From positions 3,511,502 through 3,575,501 of the forward strand of contig MU058059.1 of NCBI GenBank assembly GCA_013265495.1: a stretch of 64,000 nt of DNA. The letters are read 5' to 3'. The number at the start of each line of letters is the position of its first letter. Positions within the stretch are counted from its first letter, which is position 1. Under the pieces are notes generated by a model that saw only the letters and a list, made by a program, of their open reading frames with translations, was not told where the DNA came from and made no database searches. Positions 1-11,800 of this stretch are shown here, piece by piece. Made by a program: the position numbers and the translations under genes. The DNA comes from Vicugna vicugna (taxonomy: Eukaryota).

Positions 1-1260
1 TTTTTTATGACTGTGTTCTTATCATTGAGTTTTAAGAGTTCTTTGTATATTTTGCTTAGTTGTCCTTTATCAGAAGTCTTTTGCAAATATTTTCTCCCAG
101 TCTGTGGCTTGTCTTCTAATTCTCTTGACATTGTCTTCCACAGAGCACAAGTTTTAAGTTTTAATGAAGTCCAGCTTATCAGTTATTTCTTCATGGATCA
201 TGCCTTTAGGTTGTGTTTGAAAAGTCATCACCATATCCCAGGTCATCTAGATTTCCTCCTGTTATCTTCAGGAGTTTTATAGTTTTGCATTTTACATTTA
301 GGTCTGTGATCCACTCTGAATTAATTTTGTGATGGGTGCAAGGTCTGTGTTTAGATTCTCTTTTGTGCATATGGATTTCCAGTTGTTTCAGCACCATTTC
401 TTGAAAAGACTGTCTTTGCTCCATTGTACTGCCTTTGCTCCTTCATCAAAATCAGTTTATTACATTTATGGGGCTTATTTCCAGGCTATTTGTTTCACTG
501 ATCTATTTGCCTATTGGTGAAATAATACCATAATGTCTTGATTACTACAGCTTTATAGTAGCCTTGGAGTTGAATAATGTTAGTCCTCCAGCTTTGTTCT
601 TTTCCTTCAATATTGTATTGGCTATTCTGGGTCTTGTGCCTCTCCATAAAAACTTTAGAATTAGTTTGTCATCATCCACAAAATAACTTGCTGGGATTTT
701 CACTGGAATTGTGTTGAATCAATACACAGATCAAGTTAAGAAGAACTGATATCTTGACAATATTGATATCTCCTATCCATGAACATGAAATAGCCCTCCA
801 TTTATTTAGTTCTTTGATTTTGTTCATCAGACTTCTGTAGTTTTTCTCAAATAGTTCTTATAGTTTTTGTTTTAGATTTATACCCAAGTACTTCATTTTG
901 GGTGGGGTGCTAAAAAGTAAATGGTGTTGTGTTTTGAATTTCAAATTCCACCTCTTCATTGTTGGTATATAGGAAAGTGATTGACTTTTGTATATTAACT
1001 TTTATCCTGCAACCTTGCTATAATTGCTTATTAGTTTCAGAGTTGGTTTTTTTTTTTTGGCAATTCTTTCAGATTTTCCACGTAGACAATTGTGTCATCT
1101 GCCAACAAAGCCAGTTTTATGTCTTCTTTCCCAATCTGTATACCCTTTTACTTCCTTTTCCTGTTTTATTGTGTCAGCAAAGACTTCCGGTTTGATGTTG
1201 AAAAGCAGCAGTGAGAGGGGACATTCTTACTTCATACCTGATTTTAGTGGGACTGTCTTC
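1..1260 (-). mobile_element. Degenerate LINE-1 (old L1M-type) ORF2 fragment
   Basis: Minus-strand ORF 206-424 KINSEWITDLNVKCKTIKLL..NLDDLGYGDDF matches L1 ORF2 [23 protein letters not shown]; T-rich antisense L1 texture with many stops. Confidence 0.9.
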
Positions 1261-2202
1261 TCATTTTACCTAATGAGGTCTTAGTTTCTGTTCTTTTTTA
1301 ATAAATAATAAGATTAATAAATCCTTTCTATATTAAGATAATCAACTGAATCATATTTATTCCAAGTATTCTTCTAGATTGAAATTAAAGGTGTTCATAA
1401 TATTTTCATAATATTTATAATAAAGTAGGTGTTAACTGTTTGCATTGATCAGTCTTTCTCCTTGTGATTTGTGAAAGTAAGTCTGCATTGTCCTTTCTCC
1501 ATTTAGGAGAAACAGAGCCAGAGCCCCTTCATCCTCAGCCCCTCCACAGCACACCACTGGATAATACTGGCATACCACTTTAGAACAACTATTGACAGTA
1601 GAACCAAGAGAGATCTCATAGTCTGAAATTCAAGGAGCCACATGTGGGCTAAGGGAATGATTGTATGGAGAAAGGTCAACTTCCCAGAATATTTAGGCAA
1701 GAAAAGATTCTGCCTTAAAATCCCCTCTACCAGAGGTACAATGTGTTGGTTCTGAGGGTTTCAGTTCAGCAGGAGAATATAACATGGGACACGTGTGGGG
1801 ATCAGGAATGAGAATGAGAATGAAGGTTAGAGTGAATTGTGAGCCACCAAAAAGGGGAAGGGGCCTCACCAGAAGGCTGGGAAACTAAGCAATCTTTCCT
1901 TATTTCCTGTTTCTTTTTTAAAACCTGGCATGTTATTCAGTGAAATAGTTGTTATTTAGCAGAAGTTATAATCTGCATATTAAAGCCTTTCACGTGGACT
2001 GAGTGTAAGATGGAGAGAGAACATAGGTAATTTATATGTTTACAGCTCTGTGTAAGGTAGTGGTGCTGTTTTGTTTTTTTTTAAAGTCTAGAGTCTTTTC
2101 TACGTTCAGAGCTGAAAAACTGAGAAAGTAAGTAAGGATGTTTGGAAATTAACATTTCCTTTTTAAGGGACAGTAGCAACCTAGAAACAGGCTTAAGGAA
2201 GG

Positions 2203-2311
2203 GAATAGCCCACTAATGCGGCTTATCCAGGTCAGACAGGTTTCCAGGATGCGGGACTTTCAGTATTAAAACCTGGACAGTCCCAGGCAAACTGGGAGAG
2301 TTAGTCATCTA
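2203..2311. mobile_element. Short hAT DNA-transposon fossil (MER81-like)
   Basis: gcgggactttcagtattaaaacctggacagtcccaggcaaactggga resembles the MER81/hAT-Blackjack core as recalled; not database-checked. Confidence 0.55.
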
Positions 2312-2703
2312 GGTTTGCTAGTCACTCACATACACACCAAATGTAATTCTCCCCACAAATAATGCAACAGCCTTTTTATGTCCATCTTTGACAGAGTATG
2401 AAATTAAAGGGCATTCAGGAACTTCCTTAATTCATGCAAACCAGGATGAATGAGTCTAGATTTAAACTTTGCTCTGATGTCAAAGTAGTCTTTCTACCAA
2501 CTTGAGACAACCTTTTGTGCTCACACCCTCACTGTCTCATCCACTCACCGACATGTTCAGATGCCAAGTGCACGCTGTGCTAAGGACGGGGCTGCAGATG
2601 ACTTACAGTGGGCTCTGTCACACAGGTAGATCAAACAAGTCAACGAGTGGCAAAGAAAGTAATAGTTCAGTAAAATAACCACAACGATAGAAACAAAATT
2701 TGA

Positions 2704-2839
2704 TTGTTTTGTCTTTTTTGTGTGTGTGTGTTTTTCACTGGGGGAGATAATTAGGTTTACTTATTTATTCTTAGAGGAAGTATTGGGGATTGAATCCAGG
2801 ACCTCATGCATCCTACCACTTAAACTATGCCCTCTCTCT
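2704..2839 (-). mobile_element. Camelid Vic-1-type SINE with 14-bp TSD
   Basis: Antisense tRNA-like head (ggggattgaatccaggacctc...) plus taattaggttt tail; exact direct repeat gaaacaaaatttga at 2690-2703 and 2840-2853. Confidence 0.85.
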
Positions 2840-5139
2840 GAAACAAAATTTGAAAGAGTTCTGATGTAACTGGAACCTTAAGGCAACTCGGTTAAATCTT
2901 AAACTAGGTATTTGGAGCTTTGGAGTAGCATTGGAATTGGAGGATAGTTAGCACTGGGCTATTGCTAGTCTACAGCAGTACTGGGAATTCAGACAGAACA
3001 AAGATCTCTGTGTCTCTGTCTGTTTGTCTGTCTATGTCTCTCTGTTTCTCTCTCATTCACACAAACACACAAACACACATATCTCATGGCTGACTAAGTT
3101 CAGTCTCTAACCATCTTGATCATCCTCTCCCTTACTTGGGGACTGCTGTGTACTGCATTGACTCTGGAAGTCATGCCCATTTTTTAAACTGGAAGAGTAA
3201 GAAACAGGAACCCAATACAGTACGGCTCAGATATTCACCAGCATGTTGTAGCTGCCTGCTTATCTGTCTGCCTGCTTCCACCACGCCGGCAGTATACTCT
3301 ATCCCGTTTGGTCTCATGCCCGGTGTCTAGCACACAGTCAGCATTTACTGTTTGCTGAATGGGCTTGTAAATGATTAAAAACAGAAATTCCTGAAGGTAT
3401 GAGAATTGTTTCCAACATCTATACTCAGTTTTCTAGTTTGGCAATAAATAATATTCAAGCACAAAAAAAATGTTAAACTTTTCTAAAGAAAGAAATATAC
3501 TGTCTTGAACTCCATAGTGTTACTCTAAGCAGTTGCAGTGACATGCCCATGCCTAGCAGAGAGAACAACCTATTGATAAGCTATGAAATGAGGCCGGGTT
3601 GGGATGACTCTGGGTTGTATCACTGCAATTTCACTTCCCAGTCTTACAAGTAAGCTAGGCACACGAACAAGACTGACTGGGGAATATATGGTGTCTGGGT
3701 TTGGCGAAGTGGTCTCCCAGCTGAATCCATCCACTTAACGTTTTGTGGGAGGTGTTAATACGTATCTTGTACCTTCCTTTAACTCAACCCTTTCAGCTCA
3801 ACCAGGGATTGGAAAGACTGCAGAGGTTTATGGGCAGGAGTGTCCAGGAAGAGGTCAGTTAGATGAGGAGGCCGGCTTGGTGCCCAGTGCTGAGACTCAG
3901 GAAGGTGTGTCTGGAAAATCTAAAAATTATCACCTGACATCAATCCTTTGTGAGAGCCCAACAGAAGCCTCTCTTGTTTTAAGTGAGGGTGCCCTGATTG
4001 TTTTCAAACACTTCTGAGTACTTGCATTCAGATGGTGATGGAGAAAATGAAGATGGCAGTCCTCGCCCTCCTCTGTTTCTGTCCTGACAGCTCACTGCCT
4101 TCTCTGGCTGCTAATCCTGAGCTTCGGAGAGATGTCACTGTCTTTTCTACACAAAGATGAAGGCAACCAGAGTGGCCAAGAGCATGGTCATTCACAAAGG
4201 GACTGGGTCCACTTACCCACCCTCCACCAGGCTGCCCCACTCTCCTCACATGAAGTCCTCCCCTGTTCTCAGGCGTCCCCAGCAACTTGGAATCCCTTAT
4301 ATGCTGCTGTCTCTTTCTCCAGGTCTGTGGGTGAGTTGTGGGGTCCATTCACCTCTGTCTTCCTAAACCCCTCAGGTTCCTCTCTTAACCTGTTATGTAT
4401 AGGATCTAGTTCCTCAAAACTTGTTAAAGGGTCTGTGCTACAAACAAGAGAAGGCAACAGATGCTAGTTAGAGGGTGTCTGAAACTTAAGGAAGACAAGA
4501 GGGAAGGGAGAGAGAGAGGAAGCAGGTATTCAGAAAACGAGAAATACTAAAAGGCTGTTTAACTAATACTGCATATGCTAAAATCCTATAATAATTAAAA
4601 ACAAGGTTTTTCCTTGACTGGCCCTTGAGTTGACCAGATGACTCACCACGGGTCTGAGGAGTTGTAGGAAATTGGTATGGCTTAACAGGTAACATGCAGA
4701 CCCAAGTTTGTGTCGTACTATACTCACAGAAACCTACCTACTACGAACTTCTCTCTAGATCAGCCTCATGTACACATTTCACACAGTACCTAAGTGACAA
4801 TGACCACTGTGCACCACTAAATACAGCCTCGCAAAGACACCAGTCAGTTTGCTTGTCATCCCCGGACGCGCAGACTCCAGTCTCTCCCCCCTTTCATGCC
4901 GCGATCAACGCGGCCGCACGCCTCCATCTCAGCAGAGCCGACTTTTTGTGTCTTTAAGATATCGCTTTGTTTCTTTGTGTCCATGTGTGTTTGTGCAAGA
5001 ACAGGCAGGTTTATAGTTGCTCACTTTTCTGCGTCTGCTTCTACGCTACTGCCCAAGAGAGGATCTGCTGGATTAAAAATCGTGGCCAGTTTTATGGCTG
5101 TTACTGGCTTCTGCTGGATTTAAAGACAGAAGGGGTGGC

Positions 5140-6040
5140 TTCTCCGGTCACGCGGTAGGCTGTCACTAAACACAGTGAGCTGCTCCTTGCAGAAGGAACA
5201 CCAAGGCCGGGGGGCGCCTCCCGGTCACCGCCCGGCCCGTCGGGAGGACCACCGACCGCGGACCCCAGGCCGACCGGCCCGGGGCGCGAGTCTGGGCCCA
5301 CAGCCCGAGAGGGAAACGTCCGAGGTGGGCTGAGGTAAAACGGGCCGGTGCTAGCCATTCTTTCTTTTTTCTTTTTAAAAGAGATTTCTAGTCGTTTGAA
5401 AACTCTGGTGCCTCAGAGACGATCCTCACTCCATCTCTGGGCACCTCTCACACACACAGGAAACTACGGGGGTCAGCTCCGCCCCCGCCCCGCCCCGAAA
5501 GCGACTAAGTGGCTGATTACGCCTGTCACCAGCAAAGCCCATGAACAGTGCCCAGGACATAAACAGAACCTGGGTGATAAAATAAAGTCTGACCTTTCCT
5601 CCTCTGCGCCGCACCAGGCTCGCGTCGCTCCAGGGCTCCGCGTCCAGGGCCTCGCACCCGGCGCCTCAGACAAGAGTTCCGCGCCGGACGCCCGCGCACG
5701 TGCACTCCTCGTCTGGGCCGTGTGTAGCAGCCCCGCCCACGACCCCCCAGTTCAAGATGGCGGAGGGGGGCTGTGTGCAGAAGCCCCCTCCACAGCGCCG
5801 CAGTTCAAGATGGCGGCAGGTCGTGAGCGGAAGCCCCACCCTTGACACCCTATTCAAGATGGCGGAGGGGGTAATGTACAGAGACGCTGTGCCGGGCACT
5901 GCGACCTGGAGCATGCGCGGCGAATACCCTGTGCCCAGCCCCGCCCCCGCCTGCTGCCCGGTCCGGACAAAGCTGCCCGGCCCGGCTTGCCTGGGAGCTT
6001 GTTCTCTGGAGCTGAGCCCCCACCTTCCCATCCTCTGATC
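5140..6040. promoter_or_regulatory. Second, upstream CpG-island-like element with GC boxes and three YY1 motifs
   Basis: CpG-rich block in otherwise CpG-poor DNA. Tandem CCGCCC boxes at about 5479-5496; TTCAAGATGGCGG at 5751, 5804 and 5853; NRF1-like GCATGCGC at about 5911. Confidence 0.7.
5725..5880 (+). repeat. Degenerate ~50-bp tandem repeat (3 units), each with the core TTCAAGATGGCGG
   Basis: Identical 13-mers start at 5751, 5804 and 5853 (spacing 53 and 49), each preceded by an agcccc..C-rich segment. Confidence 0.8.
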
Positions 6041-8758
6041 AGAGGATGAAGCTTCCTTGGCTTCTCAACCCAACTCGCTTTCATTTTATAGGCTTAAACG
6101 ACAAAAAGCAAGAGGACAGGGCCCTTTTGGGGGAACCAGACGGTTGGTGACTTGCTGAGTCAGTCCTAAGAGAAGTGTGAGAAGAGCACGTGCAAGCTCA
6201 GGGGAGTGCTTACTGCGGAGGTGGAACTGGAGCAGGTCTGTGAAGGATGATGGGGTTTAAACAGGTGGGCAGAGAAGAGGCTGGCTTGGGCAGGTATTGC
6301 AAGGTGTGCTGAAGACTCCGGTTTCATCTTGTATGGTGCTATTAAGGACTTAAAGTTGCAGAAAAGCGTAAGTCTGAATTAGTACAATGACCTTTTGCTT
6401 TACAGAATTCTCGTGAGAAAAACTTACATGTTCCAGTTAAAAAATGATAAATTCTCAGTTATGTGCCATAGGATTTTTATCCTTGCTTAAGTTGTACTAG
6501 AATCTCTTCCTACTTGCAGAACATTCCAGAGGAGTTGGGATGGGCCCTTGGTATAGTAGTCACAGAGTATACTGACCAAACTCCTAGGGAGCATTATACC
6601 TGTAACAAGCTGAGGTCTACCCAGGATATGACTCCCCAAGTACATTTCAGAGCAGCCATCTCCCTCCTTCCCTGGTGAACCTTGTGCGACATGTTGGGGT
6701 GGTCACAGGGACCGGATTTCTTGTCAGGCCAGTTTTTAAGCCACCAAGGGTGACCTGGCTAAGGAGGGGTGTAAACCCACGAAGGTGGTCCAGGTGACTG
6801 AATAGCATTGGCAGTTTGTGACCACGTGGCCTGGTCAGAATGAGACACAAGTGATGTGATTGTAATGCAGTAGGTGGGGGGAGAATGAACAGATGGGAGA
6901 TTCTCAGGGGGGACAGCCTGGATACATGACTATTTCAGGAGAGCCAGGGAACCACACAAGCTTGGTGGACACCTCGGAGGGTGGAGAGCAGAGTGGAAGA
7001 GGAAGAATCATGAAGAGAGTCAAGGAACAGGGGAGGAAGTCTCACAGCCCACTCTTGTCTGGGAATGGCCCTCCCCTCATGACCCACTGCAAGTTTAAAG
7101 GCCAAGGCTCCCACTCTCGTTTGGCCGACTTTGGGGAAGTGAGAAGAAAGGGGAGGAGAAGCACTCCTACATGGCGATTCAAGTTGTCTGTCCAGGACCG
7201 TGCAATGTTCTGGAAGGCCGTCAGAGGAGGCCGGGCCAAGAGCTGCTTGACCACTGTGTGTCTCTGCAGCTGTGCTGCCGTTGCTCCCTGCTCAGCAAGT
7301 CAGGACAGTGAGGTCCTGGGACCAAGGCTGGGTGACCCTGGGCCAGCCTCTTTTCATCCTGCCCACACAAAGGACTGTCCTCACTTTAGATACTAAACCA
7401 AGGACAGGTACCAATATAATAATCTCCATGCTGAACAGGACCTGTATTTTGTCCGGGGCTACATTTTGAACAATGTAGTCCAGATTTGTGGGCAATCTTC
7501 CACAGCCTGCCCAAGCCAGAGGAAGCCCCACTGCCCTGGGGAATTAATTGACAATTGTCAGGGTTTTATTGTGGGGGGGCACAGCTATTTTGATTCCAGC
7601 CTTTTAGGGTTTTTCTCTCTATAGGCCTTGATTCCAAAGTCCCCATTGTAGGGGGCGACTTGGGTGCTGGTGGGTGATCCACTGAGGGACCAGAAATGTA
7701 ATTGATCAAAATTGGCAAGTTAGGACAGCGGCCTGAGAGTTTGGGATAAGGGCTGAAGTTTAAAGAAAAACACTCTTTCCATCTGAAATGCCAGAAATAA
7801 CTCAGGTACAGGTGTTCAAAAGGCTGACATTTCTCTGGGAGTAACAAATGAGGGGACCTGAGAGGATGAGATCTGTGGGCCACTGTGGAGAAGGGAGGGC
7901 AGTCCCCAAGCCTCCCTTGACTGTCTCATGCCGGAGCCTCTCTGTCTCCCGGGTAAGGAAGGAAGCAGACGCTGGGCCTCCAGCTCCGTATTTCTGGCTG
8001 TCCTTCTCAGGGCTGGGTGTCTGCCCAGGCAAGTTGTAGCATTTTCTGTGCTGAGCAAGGCAGCTTCCTCTCTAGAACGTGGTTCCCTTTTCAGGCGGGG
8101 ACACTCCTGTTTTGGAGGGAGGGATAGACCATAGCTTCTAGAACCGTTGTCAGTTACATATAGAAAAACGAGGTAGGAGCGGAGAGTGACCGGCTACGTG
8201 GGGATAAACCGAAGCCGCCCCCGACTCCCGCCCCCGTGGTGTTAGGAACTGCGGTGGAGGGTGGGCTGCACAGTCAGACCCTGCTCCCGGTCCTCACAGC
8301 TCTCTGTTAAGTGCCACTGAATGGTGGGACTGTCGGTGGACTTCAGAGCAGTCCCTGTAGGTTACCTGGCCTGAGAGCATCACTTTTCCGAGGAGGGTGT
8401 AATCTGTGACGCTGCCAGTCGTGGGGACCTGTCCTCCTTGCACCCCACGGGCCTTGCAGCCGGCGGGCCGGAGGGATTCTGCAGAGCGGGATCCGTGGCC
8501 GGGCGTGCCCGAGGGAGGAGCCGCGTGCCAGGACGCCGCAGGCCCGCGGTGGCTGACGCCGTCGGGGGCGTTCCTGGGAGCCGGCCGGCGGGGTTAGTCC
8601 GGCAGCCCCGGGAGGAGCCGGCAGCGGCCACGTGACCCACGGGCGGCGCGGCCGGCGGCCCAGAAATAGCAGCGGCGGCGGATCCGCCCGCGGGCGGCGC
8701 GAGGAGAAGGCGGGGACCCGCGGACGCCGGCTGGCGGGGCGCAGCGCGGCCCCGGAGG

Positions 8759-8791
8759 ATGCTGAGCCCCTGCCCGGCCCCGAGCTCATGA
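8759..8791 (+). other. Upstream ORF (MLSPCPAPSS*) in the putative RAB31 5'UTR, overlapping the start codons
   Basis: ATG at 8759 (aggATGc) reads ATG CTG AGC CCC TGC CCG GCC CCG AGC TCA TGA; the stop at 8789-8791 lies within ATGATG. Confidence 0.6.
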
Positions 8792-8826
8792 TGGCCATCC
8801 GGGAGCTCAAAGTCTGTCTCCTCGGG
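8788..8826 (+). CDS. RAB31: RAB31 coding exon 1 (MMAIRELKVCLLG)
   Basis: ATG ATG GCC ATC CGG GAG CTC AAA GTC TGT CTC CTC GGG followed by donor gtgagt at 8827; phase 0; lies inside the CpG island. Confidence 0.96.
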
Positions 8827-11800
8827 GTGAGTCCTGCGCCGCCGTCCGCCGGGCCCCCGGTCCGTGCGCGCCCCCGTCCGTGCGCCCTCTTAGGACCGCT
8901 CTTCCCTGCGCCCCCTCTTCCCCCCTCCCCCCCCCCCCCCCCCCACCGCGGGAGCCTTCCCACTCGTTTCGCCGCCGCCGCCGGCCCGCGTCCCCAGAGC
9001 CGCTCGGGCCTCGCCGTGCCCGGGCCGGGCGCCCGGGACCCTCCGCAGGGCCGGGAGTCCCTGCCCCCGCCTCCGAGCGCTTTCTCCTTCGCCTTTAATA
9101 ATTTCCTTCCGCCGGAAACTTTAAGTAACTCAGCCGAGGCGCTCTCCTTTTGCCTCCGGGGGCAGTTGGTTTATTTACTTTTTTAAAAGCCCAAATCAGG
9201 GCGAAAAGACGCCGGGGACTGAGCGGGCGCGAAGGTGAAGAAAGGACGTGTGGTGGAAAACTGCGCCCAGAAAACTTCAGAGCGTCGGGTAAAGGCAGGT
9301 TGAGAAAATCCTCCTCCGTCCCCCCCCCCGACCCCAAGCCGGGTCCTTCTGAGCTTGAAGAAACGTGGAAGAAGCCAGCAACAAAGCCAGAAACAAACAC
9401 CCGAGTGGTGCGGACCTGTCCGGCGCCGCCGGGCAGCCGCTCTGGGACCGCCCGCGGTCACTTCCCTTTGGGTGCCCACATCACATTCCAGAATCACTTC
9501 TTTGGAAAGAGCTGGTTTGAAGCCGTATTTTCAGCAGCGCTTGGCATCGATCCCTAGTGTTTAGTCCTTGGCAGAGCTGGTCTCCCAAGAAAACAATTTC
9601 CGAAAAAAAGCAGGGAAACGCTGGACCTATTCTGTTTGTCTCAAAGCAGTGCTAACTGGTCTGTCAAGGCTGAGGTACAGAAGCAGACGGAGAAGTGGTT
9701 CTAGGTTAGGATTGGATTGTTCTGGACCCAGGGGCTGTCTGGACTCCCTCTAAGCTCTTCTGGAACCCGGGGCCGGTTCGTGTTCTTGACTGTCTCCCCT
9801 CACTGTCCTTTGCTGTAACTCCCATTTGCACTAGGCAGTCGGGTTCATCTAGAATTCGGGGAATCGGGCAAAGGCCCTCCCTTCCCTGTGATCCTGGCAC
9901 AAGCCCTCAAGCGTTCCTGCTGCCTCCTCGCTCAGCCAGGGCTGGGGTCTGGATAGGGTGCTGTTCTGGTCTTCCTCTGTGGACCTTTATCAGCGTCGCA
10001 GGGGTTTCGGTGTCTGCTGGACTCTAACGTAGTCCAGACTTAAATTCCAGGAATCCCACGTTTTCCCTGTGAAGAGTCATTTCAGCCTCAAGGAAGCCCT
10101 TCAAAGACTCAGAAGGAAGGTCAGATCCCAAGGAATCCAGGGGCACCTTTGACGTGTGTTGTGTGTCTGGGTTGGCCTGGGGAATAAATGAAGTTGGTAG
10201 TGATTCCCACCCCTAGCCCCCAATGTTTTCTCCTTTGTCCTTTACTCAGGTGGTGCAGGCCCTGCCCCATCGCATGAGCTGGTTTCCATTTCGCTGCTCA
10301 GGGATGAGTCTGTCTCCTTCTGCAAGGACCAGATCAGGTGGAAAGAGCCTTGCGCGGGGAGGTGGCAAACCCAGGTTCTTGTTCTTCCCCATTCCCTGGC
10401 TGTGCCATTTTGGACAAGTACTTTAGTCGCCTCTTATGTAAAATGGACATCGTAATGTTTTTTCCTTTTAAGGCAGAGGACTATAGCAGATAATCTCCTA
10501 AGATACTTTCTGCTATCCTGTGATTCCAGTTAGCAAGCCTGGGAGATGAGAAAGCTGAAAGGAATTCCTTTACTTCTTTCCCTTATCTCTAAAAATGGAA
10601 CCCACTCCTGTCCCATTTTAGTGGCTTCCTGGAGACAGCACCTCCCCTCATTTGCTGGCCCCCTACAGTGGCTCGGCTGGTGGAGTTGAGCTTGGAAGGG
10701 GAGCACAGCGTCGAACCAGTGCAGGAAGGTGTTTCTGGGCATACGGACACCTTGAAGCTTCAGTCATTTCACACCGTATCTGTGGCCTTGTTTTGAGAGT
10801 GGTTCTAGGTTTCAGTCTTGTTTAGGCCAGAAAACATCTTATTTGAAAGATTGGAAGAGCCGGTGACCTTAATATCACACTGAGTCATATTTAGGTCCTC
10901 CCGGGTCTGGCTGGTCCTCTCCTGGGCGAGATGTGTGTGACATGCTCTGTTCTTAGCTGCTCATCCAAGCACGGCGATTCTCTGGGTGAGAGGGCGTTTG
11001 GGTGAGGCCAAAGCCGCTGTAACTGCTGGGTTTACTCTCTTGAGTGAAGAGAGAGCCCTGTGGGTCTGTGGCTGGAGGAGGCAGTCAGTGCCAAGTCCAG
11101 AATCCTCTCAAGGTTTTGACAGGAGCCCTGGCTGTCTCCTTTGTTTGTGTTTGTTTGTGATTTGAGAGGCCCATCCCTTCTGGGTTAAGTCTTGCACGCA
11201 GCTATCACTCAACTTCCTATTTTTTTGGCCCCTGCCACACCTTCCTGAAATCTCGGTTAGACCCTGACCCTAGCAGCCACACCCCGGAAAGAGCCACTTC
11301 CTGTTGGGCCCCTTGAAAAGGAGATAGGAATGCAGACCATTTAGCTGAAGTCTTGCTCACTCCTTAGAGAGGCTGAGGGGCAGGCCCTTTTGTGCCTGGT
11401 CGATTGTCTCTGTTGCTCAGCGATTGCCTGGGGACGTGTTTCCCATGTAAGGGGCATGATTGTCTCTGACGTGGGCAGAACAGCCTTCTGTCCCTCTGAG
11501 CTGCAGTGTCTGGCTCCCTGTGTGGGTGGAGGTGCCCGACAGGAGGGTCGTTCGCAGCAGGTGGCAGTTCCAGCAGGCCCCCTGACGTGGCCTCTACCTG
11601 TAGCGGTGCCTTTCCGCACCCTGTTAGGCATGTCTCAGCCTCTTTTGTTGGGGGAGCGCCCCCAGCCTGTGGAACACTCCCTGAATGCTTTGTGTGCTTG
11701 GAAACACCATGGACTCAAGCGCTTTGGGTTCATTCAGGTCACCTGTTAGAGATGCTCGGCTCTCCTTGTTTTCAGGGGTGGCCTTTGCTGTGTTTGTCTC

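Larger units (their letters stand above)
8150..9480 (+). promoter_or_regulatory. RAB31 promoter CpG island spanning the 5'UTR, exon 1 and start of intron 1
   Basis: Very GC- and CpG-dense tract around exon 1, with GC-box-like sequences and an E-box GCCACGTGAC at 8627-8636. Limits are approximate. Confidence 0.9.

Noticed and set aside
3745..4470. Possible exon or pseudogene upstream of RAB31 (acceptor-like cctttcag at about 3795, minus-strand gtaagt at about 4210, ORFs of 90-111 aa)
   Set aside because: Translations match nothing I recognise, and the splice-like signals do not pair into a coherent exon.
5725..5880. Repeat-spacer appearance resembling a mini CRISPR array
   Set aside because: Mammalian context, 13-bp cores, spacers similar to one another and no cas genes; it is a degenerate tandem repeat.
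6153..6162. Isolated TGCTGAGTCA ARE/Maf-like motif just downstream of the upstream CpG block
   Set aside because: A single short motif with an imperfect flank; not distinguishable from chance without conservation data.
8632..9186. 184-aa ORF suggesting an N-terminally extended or intron-retaining RAB31
   Set aside because: It starts at the GTG of the promoter E-box and runs through the donor into the CpG island. Lack of stops is expected at this GC content; only 8788-8826 is RAB31-like.
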